64,000 nt of DNA, taken from the NCBI GenBank assembly GCA_964472625.1, contig CAYYLM010000003.1, positions 33,294 through 97,293 on the forward strand, read 5' to 3'. This document shows positions 17,442 to 26,280 of this stretch, one piece after another. This stretch comes from an uncultured Dehalococcoidales bacterium (GTDB lineage Bacteria > Chloroflexota > Dehalococcoidia > Dehalococcoidales > UBA5760). Position numbers and translations under genes: made by a program. Position 1 is the stretch's first letter. Every line of letters begins with the position of its first letter. The notes below the pieces were generated by a model. The model did no database searches and was not told the DNA's origin. It saw nothing but the letters and a program-made list of their open reading frames with translations.

Positions 17442-19285
17442 GCCCAAGATCAGGGTACTTTAAGAAACACCTCTGCGTCGACCTAAGCGAGGGCACCATC
17501 GCCTATCTCGATCTTTTGGACACATTTCTGGAAAGGTATATCGGCGGGCGCGGTTTTGGAGCCAAGCTGGTCTGGGACAACCTGCTTAAGCACAATTTCA
17601 AGATAGACCCCCTCGGTCCCGAAAACATTCTGGTGGTCGCCCCCGGCCCCCTGACCGGAGTCTACCTGCCCTCATCGGGTAAGAATTCCTTTGTCAGCAT
17701 CTCCCCGGCTACTGGTATTTATGGTGATTCCTCCATGGGTGGTAGCTTCGGCGTCGAATTAAGGCAGGCCGGCATCGATGTCCTTTCGATTACGGGCAGA
17801 GCCCCGGAACTAGCCGTCCTTTCTATTGAGAACGACCAAGCCAGGATATTACCCATGCCCGAGCTTAAGGGCAAGACCTGTCTTCAGGCGGAAGGCATGA
17901 TAAAGGAGCGACTGGGAACCCAAGCTGCCCACGTGGCCGCTATCGGCGTTGCCGGCGAGAATCTGGTTGGGTTTGCCAGTATCAACTCGGATTGGAGCCG
18001 TAATGCGGGTAGAGCTGGTATGGGAGCGGTCATGGGCTCAAAGAACCTTAAAGCGATTGTGGTCCAGGGCAATAAGGACCTTCCCGTCCATGACATGGCT
18101 GGGCTGATAAGTGAGGCCGACCGAGCCTATAAGTATATGAGAGAACACACCTTTTTCAAAATGTGGCAGAGTCAGGGCCTGATGAACGTCGTGGATTACG
18201 CCAACGAGACCGGGATTCTACCGACCTTTAATTTTAAGGACAGCGTCTTCGCCAAGACCGGGCAGATTGATGGCGCCACCATGCTGAGCCAATATAAGAT
18301 AGGTGACAGTGCCTGCTTCGCCTGCCCCATGTGCTGCGGTAATATCTGTCTCGTCAAGAGCGGCAAATATGTGGGCACGGTAACTGAGGGACCGGAGTAT
18401 GAGACGTGCGCCATGCTGGGACCGAATCTAGGCATCGATAACTTTGCCGCCATACTGGCTATAGCCCAGCGCTGTGACGAACTGGGGATGGATACCATTT
18501 CTACTGGCAGCATCGTCGGCGCCGTGATCGAGGGGTACGAGAAGGGAATTCTCTCCCTTGCCGACCTTGACGGCAGAGAAATCACCTGGGGAGACGAGGA
18601 CGGCATCCTGGAGCTGATTGAGAAGACCGGTAAGCGTCGGGGTATCGGGGGCATTCTGGCTGACGGTTCCCGGGGTGTTATTGCCCGGTGGCCGGAAATG
18701 GACCGGCTCATCCTGCAAGTTAAGGGACTCGAGCAGTCGGCCTACGACAGCCGGGCCAGTATTTCCATGGCTCTTGCCTACGCTACCTCGGACATAGGAG
18801 CCCATCACACCCGCGCCTGGACAATCGCCAAGGAAATGGAGGAGGGTCGGAGCTGGACCGATGAAGAGCGGGTCAACATCGTCATCTATCATCAGAAATT
18901 GCGTCCGCTATTTGATATGCTCGGTGTCTGCCGACTTCCCTGGATTGAACTGGGGTTAAATGAGCTCCACTACGAAAAGTTCTACAATTGTGTCACGGGC
19001 AGGGAATTGACCCTGGAGCAACTCTTAGAGCTGTCCAATGACATCTATGACCTGACTCGTCTCATGAATACCCGGCTGGGTATCACTCGCAAGGACGATA
19101 GCCTTCCCTACAAGGTCTGGGCAAACCCTCCCCTCACCGGTCCCAACGCGGGTAAGGTGATCGATAGACAAGACTTCCAAAGGCTCCTCTCTCTGTACTA
19201 TCAGAAACGGGGCTGGGACGAGGACGGTATCCCACCAGCCGCTGTGGCTGAGAAGTCGGAAGTGAAAGAACCGGAAAGCAGATAA
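17438..19285 (+). CDS. aor: aldehyde:ferredoxin oxidoreductase family (tungsten/molybdopterin) enzyme
   Basis: 615 aa, collinear with the AOR family (GGRGFGAKL, SPATG, CFACPMCCG cluster ligands, EYETCAMLGPNLG, AYATSDIGAHHTRAW). Confidence 0.85.
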   Translation: MSPRSGYFKKHLCVDLSEGTIAYLDLLDTFLERYIGGRGFGAKLVWDNLLKHNFKIDPLGPENILVVAPGPLTGVYLPSSGKNSFVSISPATGIYGDSSMGGSFGVELRQAGIDVLSITGRAPELAVLSIENDQARILPMPELKGKTCLQAEGMIKERLGTQAAHVAAIGVAGENLVGFASINSDWSRNAGRAGMGAVMGSKNLKAIVVQGNKDLPVHDMAGLISEADRAYKYMREHTFFKMWQSQGLMNVVDYANETGILPTFNFKDSVFAKTGQIDGATMLSQYKIGDSACFACPMCCGNICLVKSGKYVGTVTEGPEYETCAMLGPNLGIDNFAAILAIAQRCDELGMDTISTGSIVGAVIEGYEKGILSLADLDGREITWGDEDGILELIEKTGKRRGIGGILADGSRGVIARWPEMDRLILQVKGLEQSAYDSRASISMALAYATSDIGAHHTRAWTIAKEMEEGRSWTDEERVNIVIYHQKLRPLFDMLGVCRLPWIELGLNELHYEKFYNCVTGRELTLEQLLELSNDIYDLTRLMNTRLGITRKDDSLPYKVWANPPLTGPNAGKVIDRQDFQRLLSLYYQKRGWDEDGIPPAAVAEKSEVKEPESR

Positions 19286-19540
19286 AGGTGCCATCATAAA
19301 GAGCACAACTTTGGTGAGCTCTCAGCCGGTTATCTTAAGAGATGGCTTGACCAATACCAGCCTGCTGGGAATATTTGGGGACTTAATCATTGGGACATTC
19401 AAACTATACTTAGAAGGCTTCAGAAGAAGACTGGTCTAACCCGCAATACCCACACCTTCCGCCAAACCTTTACCTGTCTATTACGCAAAGCAGGAGTTAA
19501 CGCTATGGCTATTAAGGATTTAGGTACTGGGAGAGTCTAG
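19286..19540 (+). pseudogene. C-terminal fragment of a tyrosine recombinase/phage integrase (remnant)
   Basis: My translation gives ...LKRWLDQYQPAGNIWGLNHWDIQTILRRLQKKTGLTRNTHTFRQTFTCLLRKAGVNAMAIKDLGTGRV*. The HTFR..F...L...G....I...LG box matches the integrase catalytic domain. There is no N-terminal part, no start, and it ends before the catalytic Tyr. Confidence 0.6.
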
Positions 19541-19552
19541 AATAAGGCACCG

Positions 19553-19756
19553 CTATTCTAAGTTTGTATCCAAATCAGTAATAGGCGTATTTTTATATAT
19601 TATCTTCATGCAGTTAAGGCACTGCCAGCCATCTTCATGGGCTATAATATATTTCCCTTCATAATAGCACTTAGGACATACCAAGGGTGGCTTAGGTGAC
19701 TTCGTGCTTTGTGGTAATGTGTTAGTTGTCATTCTACAGCTATGAAACCTCCCCAT
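19553..19756 (-). CDS. small zinc-ribbon protein, paralog A
   Basis: CPKC...HEDGWQCLNCMKIIYK (CxxC...CxxC). A paralog lies at 25116..25313; differences in the conserved core are mostly synonymous. An alternative start is MTTNT. Confidence 0.55.
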   Translation of the reverse strand: MGRFHSCRMTTNTLPQSTKSPKPPLVCPKCYYEGKYIIAHEDGWQCLNCMKIIYKNTPITDLDTNLE

Positions 19757-20029
19757 AATTACAAAAAATTAGAGCGCCAAGAGTTACTTCCCAATAAGTA
19801 GTCCTCTACGCTCTAGTTATATTCCTATGTCCCTATAAGCTTAGTGCTACTTCTTATGGTCAAAAACTGAGTTGGAATTATAATTCTTTTCCAATGAATT
19901 GTCAATCCCCCAAACACGGGGGGGTTCCTTACAACTACGCATTTTGTCTTTAGTATTAATACGAAAGGGGGATTGATTGGCTTCAGTATGAGGCTATAAT
20001 CGATAGTAGCTCCGGTATGGAGGTGTAAT

Positions 20030-20308
20030 ATGGCCTTCCCTGACAAGGTGGTGAGAGATATATGGAAAATACATTCTGGAAGGTGTACTTGTTTTGACAC
20101 AACACACGGCCACCTAGGCATCTGTTACAAGCCCCTAATCTGGGAGAATAGGGGCAAAGAAATAGCAGGTTCATGGGAGGCTCATCGTATACGTGCTGAT
20201 GGGCCTGATAAGCACACAAATTGTGAAATCTTGTGCATGGAATGCTATAAGCTAGTTAAAGAGTCACAATCTTCCGACCTGTGTCTTGCTGGCTTGAAAA
20301 CCAAATGA
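20030..20308 (+). CDS. small HNH-like nuclease-fold protein
   Basis: GGAGGTG RBS. The pattern C.C...H...WEAHRI....G....NCEILCMEC resembles minimal HNH proteins, but with HH->HR and CH->CY substitutions. Confidence 0.5.
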   Translation: MAFPDKVVRDIWKIHSGRCTCFDTTHGHLGICYKPLIWENRGKEIAGSWEAHRIRADGPDKHTNCEILCMECYKLVKESQSSDLCLAGLKTK

Positions 20309-20485
20309 GTCGGACCAAGCGAGTGAGCCTATCGATTCTGGGTATTTTAACTTGTCAGCAGTTAAATAACAGTATTATTTAGCAAAGCTTGTTTCGGCAC
20401 TTCTAGGCACAACTACATTCAATGTCATCGATCCCCCCAGCTAAAAGGTCGGTAGCTCTATATGGGTGGTCTCGCCATAGATGGG

Positions 20486-21448
20486 TTATTGGCTAGACTT
20501 GAGGATAATTCCTTGGTGGGCACAGCTCGGGTCTTTTACTCCAGTCATAGTCATGGCTCTTCTGAGTTCCTCAGCAAGTTCAGTTATTACCGTCCTAACG
20601 CCTTCCTCACCACCGGCTGCTAAACCATAGAGTATGGGCCTGCCCAAGCCTACAGCTCGAGCCCCGAAAGCCAAACCTTTTAGAATATCGCTTCCCCGCC
20701 TGAAGCCACCGTCTACGATGATAGGAATTTGCTTGGTGATAACTCTATCAATTTCTTCCATGACTTCAAGTGGGTGAGGGAGATAGTCGATAGTGTGGGC
20801 GCCGTGATTAGAAACCACGATGACATCGGCACCTACCTTTAGGGCGCTCTCAGCATCCCAAGGACTTAGGATTCCCTTCAGAACGAAGGGACGGCTTACC
20901 CTTCGCTTGATTTCTTTGAGCTCATCTACCGACATTGGGGAACAATCTCTAGCCACCTGTTTATCCAGCACCTTGGTCCCTTGTCCGGCATCTACCTCAA
21001 TACCTAACCAGGTGACACCGGCCATCTCTGCCTGGGACAACATTTCCGTAACCCTGGTGCGGTCGGAATAGGGCTTGATGGTCTGCACTATTGGCACCCC
21101 GGTAGCCACGAGTTCTTTGAGGTTAGAAGGGGTTGGGCTGCCTACCCACATCATAGAGCCGGTCTCTTTTAGAGCTCTAGCAACCTTGATTAACCCGTTG
21201 TGCTGAATCTGTGTAATCGGCATTGTCATCGAGGACATGATTATCGGCACTTTGAGACTCACATCGAGTAGTCTTGTTTCAGTAGTTACATCAATTGAAT
21301 TTATCGCCCGTTGCAAAAACCGATAGTTTCTGAAGATTTCTTCGTTGTGCTTAATAACGTATTCGGTTTCCACGCCCCTCAGTACAAAACCAAATTTCTT
21401 GCCTTCTAGAATTTCCGTACCCTTGCGGTAAATCTCACCTAGGGTCAT
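20486..21448 (-). CDS. FMN-dependent alpha-hydroxy-acid dehydrogenase/oxidase family protein
   Basis: VVSNHGAHTIDY, VDGGFRRGSDILKGLAFGARAVGLGRP motifs of the FMN_dh family. Confidence 0.8.
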   Translation of the reverse strand: MTLGEIYRKGTEILEGKKFGFVLRGVETEYVIKHNEEIFRNYRFLQRAINSIDVTTETRLLDVSLKVPIIMSSMTMPITQIQHNGLIKVARALKETGSMMWVGSPTPSNLKELVATGVPIVQTIKPYSDRTRVTEMLSQAEMAGVTWLGIEVDAGQGTKVLDKQVARDCSPMSVDELKEIKRRVSRPFVLKGILSPWDAESALKVGADVIVVSNHGAHTIDYLPHPLEVMEEIDRVITKQIPIIVDGGFRRGSDILKGLAFGARAVGLGRPILYGLAAGGEEGVRTVITELAEELRRAMTMTGVKDPSCAHQGIILKSSQ

Positions 21449-21578
21449 CGTTCGCCCCCTTTACATGGATACTTTAGTTTCTCATAGTGCATTTCTTTAC
21501 GGATTTTTTCCTAGCATGTTATCGTTAATCTTATAGGTTTTAGAGGGCGTGTGTAAACTGGTTATAGTATGTGAAGAC

Positions 21579-22757
21579 TTATGTTCTACGCCCAGGCTCT
21601 GTTTCTGGGATTTTCAACGCAATGAAAGTGGCGGCCACTGATAGAATCATAAGAACTAAAAGTGAAGTGTCGAGGTTCTGAGTGGTATCTAATACACGTC
21701 CTCCAATTAGTGGGCCAATTACTCCGCCAACGTATCCTATAGATAGCATCATTCCACTTGTCATTCCAACCTCGCTTTCATGCGCCAGTTCTAAAGGTAG
21801 GGCCATAAGCGTTGTGAATCTGGTACCAAAAGCTATACCAACTAACGCCATAACAAACCAACTAGTATTGATAGTAATATATTGAGCACCCCAGAAGGCG
21901 ATTGCCAAGACTATAGAGGGCACCCACAGAAAAGGTTTCCGTAGGCCAACTCTATGAGATAGCCTCGGCATTAGAAGAAATGTCGGAAGAATTACCCAAA
22001 TAGTAATAGAGGCAATAAGTCCCGCTAGGCTTGGAGATGCGCCTTTTAGCATCATCATTACTGGTGCCCAGCCATTCCAATTCCACGTGGCGAATGTGTG
22101 GATAGACATTAAAACTGCCACCAACCAAAGATGCTTATTTGAAAACGCACTACGAAAACTAGTAATAGACGTTCTCGATTTTTCAATATGACTGGACTTT
22201 GAATTAGGCTGTCTGATAAGAATCCACCAAGATACCGCAGCTATTATTGTGGGAATGCTCCATATTAGGAATACTCCCTGGTAGGTCTCAGCTAAGGGCA
22301 GAATAATTGGCACTGTAATGGCAAGCCCCAAGGCTGTTCCTATGGGAAATCCTGAATTTACTATGCCCATAGCCACATTGGCCTTGTCTTTACTAAAGTA
22401 TACGCTTACTAATTTTGGTAAATTTGGGAAGGTCCAGCCAAACCCGAATCCAAAGATGAAAGTATAAGCAAGCAAACTAGTGAAGTCGCTAGCGGTACTC
22501 CTTAAGACAGCACCGGCAGCCATCATTACCAAACCTATGCCTATTGTCTTCTTGATACCTACACGGTCACTGACAAGACCAGCCGGAATGGCCGTCACCA
22601 CTAACATTAATACTGGCGCACTAAGCAGAAGGCTGGTTTGTGTATGAGTAAGTAGAAGGTGCTCCTTTATGATGGGCTCCATAGGGGGCACACAAAACAT
22701 CGGTGCCCACATGGCAATCCCAATTAAGAAGGCGCAGAATATAACATTACGAGGCAT
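21579..22757 (-). CDS. MFS transporter
   Basis: About 12 TM segments, GLVSDRVGIKKT loop motif between TM2 and TM3. Visibly AT-richer than the flanking genes. Confidence 0.8.
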   Translation of the reverse strand: MPRNVIFCAFLIGIAMWAPMFCVPPMEPIIKEHLLLTHTQTSLLLSAPVLMLVVTAIPAGLVSDRVGIKKTIGIGLVMMAAGAVLRSTASDFTSLLAYTFIFGFGFGWTFPNLPKLVSVYFSKDKANVAMGIVNSGFPIGTALGLAITVPIILPLAETYQGVFLIWSIPTIIAAVSWWILIRQPNSKSSHIEKSRTSITSFRSAFSNKHLWLVAVLMSIHTFATWNWNGWAPVMMMLKGASPSLAGLIASITIWVILPTFLLMPRLSHRVGLRKPFLWVPSIVLAIAFWGAQYITINTSWFVMALVGIAFGTRFTTLMALPLELAHESEVGMTSGMMLSIGYVGGVIGPLIGGRVLDTTQNLDTSLLVLMILSVAATFIALKIPETEPGRRT

Positions 22758-22934
22758 CTAGATAGGTTTGACCTTTTCACTTCAATGCTGCTCGGTAGAG
22801 ATTACGTATAGTTAATCAAGCCTAGATTTCTTTATCCTTAGGATGCAATCAATAAACCGAAGTGCTTTCAAATTTGGGCTTAACGCCCGCCGAGCGTTTT
22901 AATCAATGTCCACCTAATTTTTGTGCCTGAAAAG

Positions 22935-23010
22935 TGGTGGGCGGTACAGGACTTGAACCTGTGACCTCTTGCGTGTGAAGCAAGCGCTCTAACCACTGAG
23001 CTAACCGCCC
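22935..23010 (-). tRNA. tRNA-Val (anticodon CAC), CCA encoded
   Basis: The minus strand folds as a cloverleaf: GGGCGGT/ACCGCCC acceptor, GCTC/GAGC D-stem, CTTGC-TTCACAC-GCAAG anticodon arm, ACAGG-TTCAAGT-CCTGT T-arm, then A-CCA; 76 nt. Confidence 0.9.
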
Positions 23011-23088
23011 CAAATCGTACCTATTTTAACCCTAAAGATCAGCTTTGTAAAATAGGGCGCTTGCTTCGTATTTTCTGCATAGGTGTGC

Positions 23089-23553
23089 TTAGCTACCTAG
23101 CTTCTCTCCAAAAACTCTTCCATAATCCTGGCATGTCCTCATGCCTTCGACTGTCTCAACAGTAGCCTCGTTTAAGTTAAAGGGGCCCAACTGAAACGGC
23201 TGCATCTTGTGCACCCTTTGCAGGGTATCCAAGATAATAGCCGGCGCATAAGCATCGTGTTTGTAGGAAACATCATGTGTGTATGGACCAAAGGCACCGC
23301 CCAGTTTGCCCTCCAGTTTTGCCTGCCGAGCCATGGAGAGAAATATTTTCATCGGTTGGGGCACGTCCAGAGAATAGGTGGGAGAGCCGAAGATGTAGCC
23401 GTCATACCCTGCCAACTCCGACGTAGCGCTCAAGTCCTCTATTTTCTTTACTACCACCTCCTGTCCGCTAAAACGGATGCCCTCAGCAATGTATTCGGCC
23501 ATCTTTTCAGTTCTGCCGGTAAGACTGAAGTATGCAACTAGAACTCTTTTCAT
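23089..23553 (-). CDS. flavodoxin family protein
   Basis: MKRVLVAYFSLTGRTEKMA FMN-phosphate loop, IFGSPTY. The start is taken at the second Met. Confidence 0.75.
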   Translation of the reverse strand: MKRVLVAYFSLTGRTEKMAEYIAEGIRFSGQEVVVKKIEDLSATSELAGYDGYIFGSPTYSLDVPQPMKIFLSMARQAKLEGKLGGAFGPYTHDVSYKHDAYAPAIILDTLQRVHKMQPFQLGPFNLNEATVETVEGMRTCQDYGRVFGEKLGS

Positions 23554-23934
23554 AAACAACCCCCCAGCTTAAGAGCTTACTTTTGTATATTCATACTCCG
23601 TGCTTGATAAAACGCTTAGTTCTGGGATTTGTCCCCAAATAACTATAGGTTAGGCGAGCATAATACTTCCCAAGTTCGGCAGGTATCTCTAGCTAACTTT
23701 CGCCGGTCGCTAATGGAGCAGACAGATCGTCAATGTTTCCTGTTCCGTTAGCTGAATTATACAAAGAAATAACTCAACAAACCAAGCTTATGTTCATGGT
23801 CTTCTTTTTGCACAAGAACGCAAATTGAGGCAGATATAGGGTTAAAGCGAGTTGGACCAGTATCTGAGCGGGTTTGAATGGCCCTCTGAATCCGAATGGA
23901 TGAATTTTACTGTAGAGGTTTTCTGGACCAGGAG

Positions 23935-24162
23935 TTACTCGAGAGGCTTACCCCTCACCGGGTTTTCAACAACAATGTCAAAGGGACAGCTAATCGCCCC
24001 GGTTGGGCATACTGCCTCGCAGTCTGTGCACCAACCGCATTCTTCAGTTTCAACTATTGTTAATACTTCATCAATAACAACCAGCGCGTTACAATGGCAT
24101 ACACTCACACATAATCGACAACAATTACACTTTTCCAGATCTAAAACAGGCATTCTAACCAT
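23935..24162 (-). CDS. 2x[4Fe-4S] ferredoxin
   Basis: CNCCRLCVSVC and CGWCTDCEAVCP cluster motifs; 75 aa. Confidence 0.75.
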   Translation of the reverse strand: MVRMPVLDLEKCNCCRLCVSVCHCNALVVIDEVLTIVETEECGWCTDCEAVCPTGAISCPFDIVVENPVRGKPLE

Positions 24163-24214
24163 GGCAATATACCTCTTGTTACGTTAACTCAAATTGTCAA
24201 TTCTGTCTGTGACC

Positions 24215-24892
24215 TTAGTCTCCAAAAGATACTCTGGCAATATCCTTCAAGGCTTCTCTATCGGTGATTACAATGCGATGACGGTCCATCCTAAGGGTTC
24301 CCTTCGATGCCAGAGCTTTGAGAGACCGGGCAACCACCTCGCGGGCTGTACCGGCCAGGGCTGCCATTTCCTGTTGGGTAAGTCGCTGAACGGGACCGGT
24401 GCCGTCTCCGGCATATTCGAGCAATATTTTGGCTACCCTACGAATAACTGGCCTGAAGGAAAGGTCCTCCACTAAGGATGTTAGGTGACGAACGCGACTT
24501 GCCAGTACATTTATAACATTTAGAGCCACCTGAGAGTGATCACGCAGAATCTTATCAAAAGCGCGTTTTTCTATTCTGTAGATGACAACTGGTCCCATGG
24601 CCTGGGCACTAAATGGATTCGGAGCGCCGTCGAATGCAGGGACGTCATTGAAAGACTCTCCCGGCCGCACAATGCCGAAAATTTGCTCTTTACCATCTGA
24701 CGAAGTCTTGAAGATTTTCACAGCGCCAGAGAACACAAAATATAGAGCCTTAGCCGGCTCACCCTCGAGGGCAATTAGGTCCCCCCTCTCAAATACCTTC
24801 TCAACGACAAGCTTCTGGATCAGATTTAGTTCTTCATCATTCAGATTTGAAAAGTAGGGGCTCTCATGTAAGAAAGATGCTTCGACTACCAT
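24215..24892 (-). CDS. Crp/Fnr family transcriptional regulator
   Basis: cNMP-binding-like beta-roll (GEPAKALYFVFSGAVKIF) and a C-terminal HTH (LTQQEMAALAGTAREVVARSLKAL). Confidence 0.85.
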   Translation of the reverse strand: MVVEASFLHESPYFSNLNDEELNLIQKLVVEKVFERGDLIALEGEPAKALYFVFSGAVKIFKTSSDGKEQIFGIVRPGESFNDVPAFDGAPNPFSAQAMGPVVIYRIEKRAFDKILRDHSQVALNVINVLASRVRHLTSLVEDLSFRPVIRRVAKILLEYAGDGTGPVQRLTQQEMAALAGTAREVVARSLKALASKGTLRMDRHRIVITDREALKDIARVSFGD

Positions 24893-25115
24893 ACCCTTTA
24901 AACCGGAGAATAACTGCTAGATATATTTCAGCCTTATATCCTACCACAGTTTACCGCTTTTCTAAACCACTTGTCTTTGATTTGGTGCCACGGGAGATAT
25001 CCTAATGCCGTTTGGGTTAGATATTGAGATGAAAGTCACATACATAGGACCTGAACAGGGGTAATCTTAAATAGAGTATCGATTGAATTGAATATATGAG
25101 AGGAGATTGATACGC

Positions 25116-25313
25116 ATGGTAGAAAGATTTCTAGAACCCGAGTTATACGGAAAACCACCGTCGGTCTGCCCCAAAGCCAATTGTGGAAGCACGTTTTTCA
25201 TCCCACATGAGGATGGGTGGCAGTGTTTTAATTGCATGAAGATTATCTATAAAGCTAACCGAAGCGTAACGAACCCACCCATTTTAAGGCGATACCAGCG
25301 GGAGAAGAACTGA
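25116..25313 (+). CDS. small zinc-ribbon protein, paralog B
   Basis: AGGAG RBS before ATG 25116 (the track starts at TTG 25107). KPPSVCPKANCG...HEDGWQCFNCMKIIYK matches paralog A. Confidence 0.55.
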   Translation: MVERFLEPELYGKPPSVCPKANCGSTFFIPHEDGWQCFNCMKIIYKANRSVTNPPILRRYQREKN

Positions 25314-25482
25314 AAATTGGCGGATTAGAACTCGATGGGGGGCACCGATATTTCCCCAAAAGGGAGAAAGAGGATGAATAAACATAGCAAAAACTGGCTA
25401 ATGGTTATGGCTTTGGTGTTAGGTGCTGGGGCATGTTCACAAAGTACTTAGTTAGTTGTTTCGATTTAGGAGGAGAGACGCC

Positions 25483-26280
25483 ATGGCTAGAATCTTAATA
25501 ATACCCTTGTTGTTAGCTGGTCTTGTGCTGCCGAGTTTATTAATCGGTTGCAGTGGAACTGGAAATACTGAAACGGAGTGCGACGTGACTACAAAAGCTG
25601 CGATTCCTCTAATAGATACCAATGTACCCCCGGCGATGGAAACAGCGACCTTTGCTTTAGGCTGATTCTGGGGACCGGACTCCCGGTTCGGGAGTCTAGA
25701 GGGGGTGATACGTACTCGTGTCGGATACGCCGGAGGGAGTACGGAAAACCCTACCTATTACAGCTTGGGCGATCACAGCGAGACAATTCAAATCGATTAC
25801 GACCCAACTCAGATATCATATAGGCAGTTATTAGAGGTTTTCTGGAATAGCCATAACCCAATATATGAACCTTGGTCACGGCAGTACATGTCAATAATAT
25901 TTTATCACAGCGAAGAGCAGAAAAGGCTGGCTATAGAGACGAAAGAGAGTGAGGAAGCTAGGCTGGGAAAGCATATTTTTACCGAGATCGTCCCCTTCTC
26001 GGAGTTCTATTTAGCTGAGGATTATCATCAGAAGTATTATCTCCGACAAGAGCCAGCCCTAATGGTAGAGTTTTCTGCTATCTACCCGGCTACCGAAGAC
26101 TTTATAGCTTCCACAGCGGTAGCCCGTGTTAACGGGTATGTTGGTGGCTACGGCGAACTGGCAACTCTTGAGGAGAGGTTGGGCCTCTTGGGCTTGTCTG
26201 AGGCAGGGATAAAAAGGTTGCTAGAAATTGCAGCTAGAGGACTTGAGCCAGTTTGTACCCTTCCCGATACCCCCAGCTAG
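25483..26280 (+). CDS. msrA: peptide-methionine (S)-S-oxide reductase MsrA with in-frame UGA (candidate selenocysteine) and lipoprotein signal
   Basis: Track ORFs 25456..25665 and 25705..26280 share one frame, split only by TGA 25663..25665. Read-through gives [39 protein letters not shown]...IDYDP..ISYRQLLEVFW. AGGAGGA RBS before ATG 25483. Signal peptide with LLIGC lipobox. Confidence 0.75.
25678..25696 (+). promoter_or_regulatory. SECIS-like stem-loop downstream of the msrA UGA
   Basis: Perfect 7-bp hairpin GACTCCC-GGTTC-GGGAGTC starting 12 nt after the TGA. The G/U-containing apical loop lies about 20-22 nt after the UGA. Confidence 0.55.

Noticed and set aside
19541-22934. Direct repeat of the tRNA-Val 3' end (att site) delimiting the putative island
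   Set aside because: No copy of the tRNA 3' segment (e.g. GGTTCAAGTCCTGTACCGCCCACCA or its complement) was seen by eye near the integrase remnant. The island boundary therefore remains unsupported by att sites.
23852-24187. 111-aa plus-strand ORF
   Set aside because: It lies antisense to the well-supported 2x[4Fe-4S] ferredoxin gene and has no motifs.
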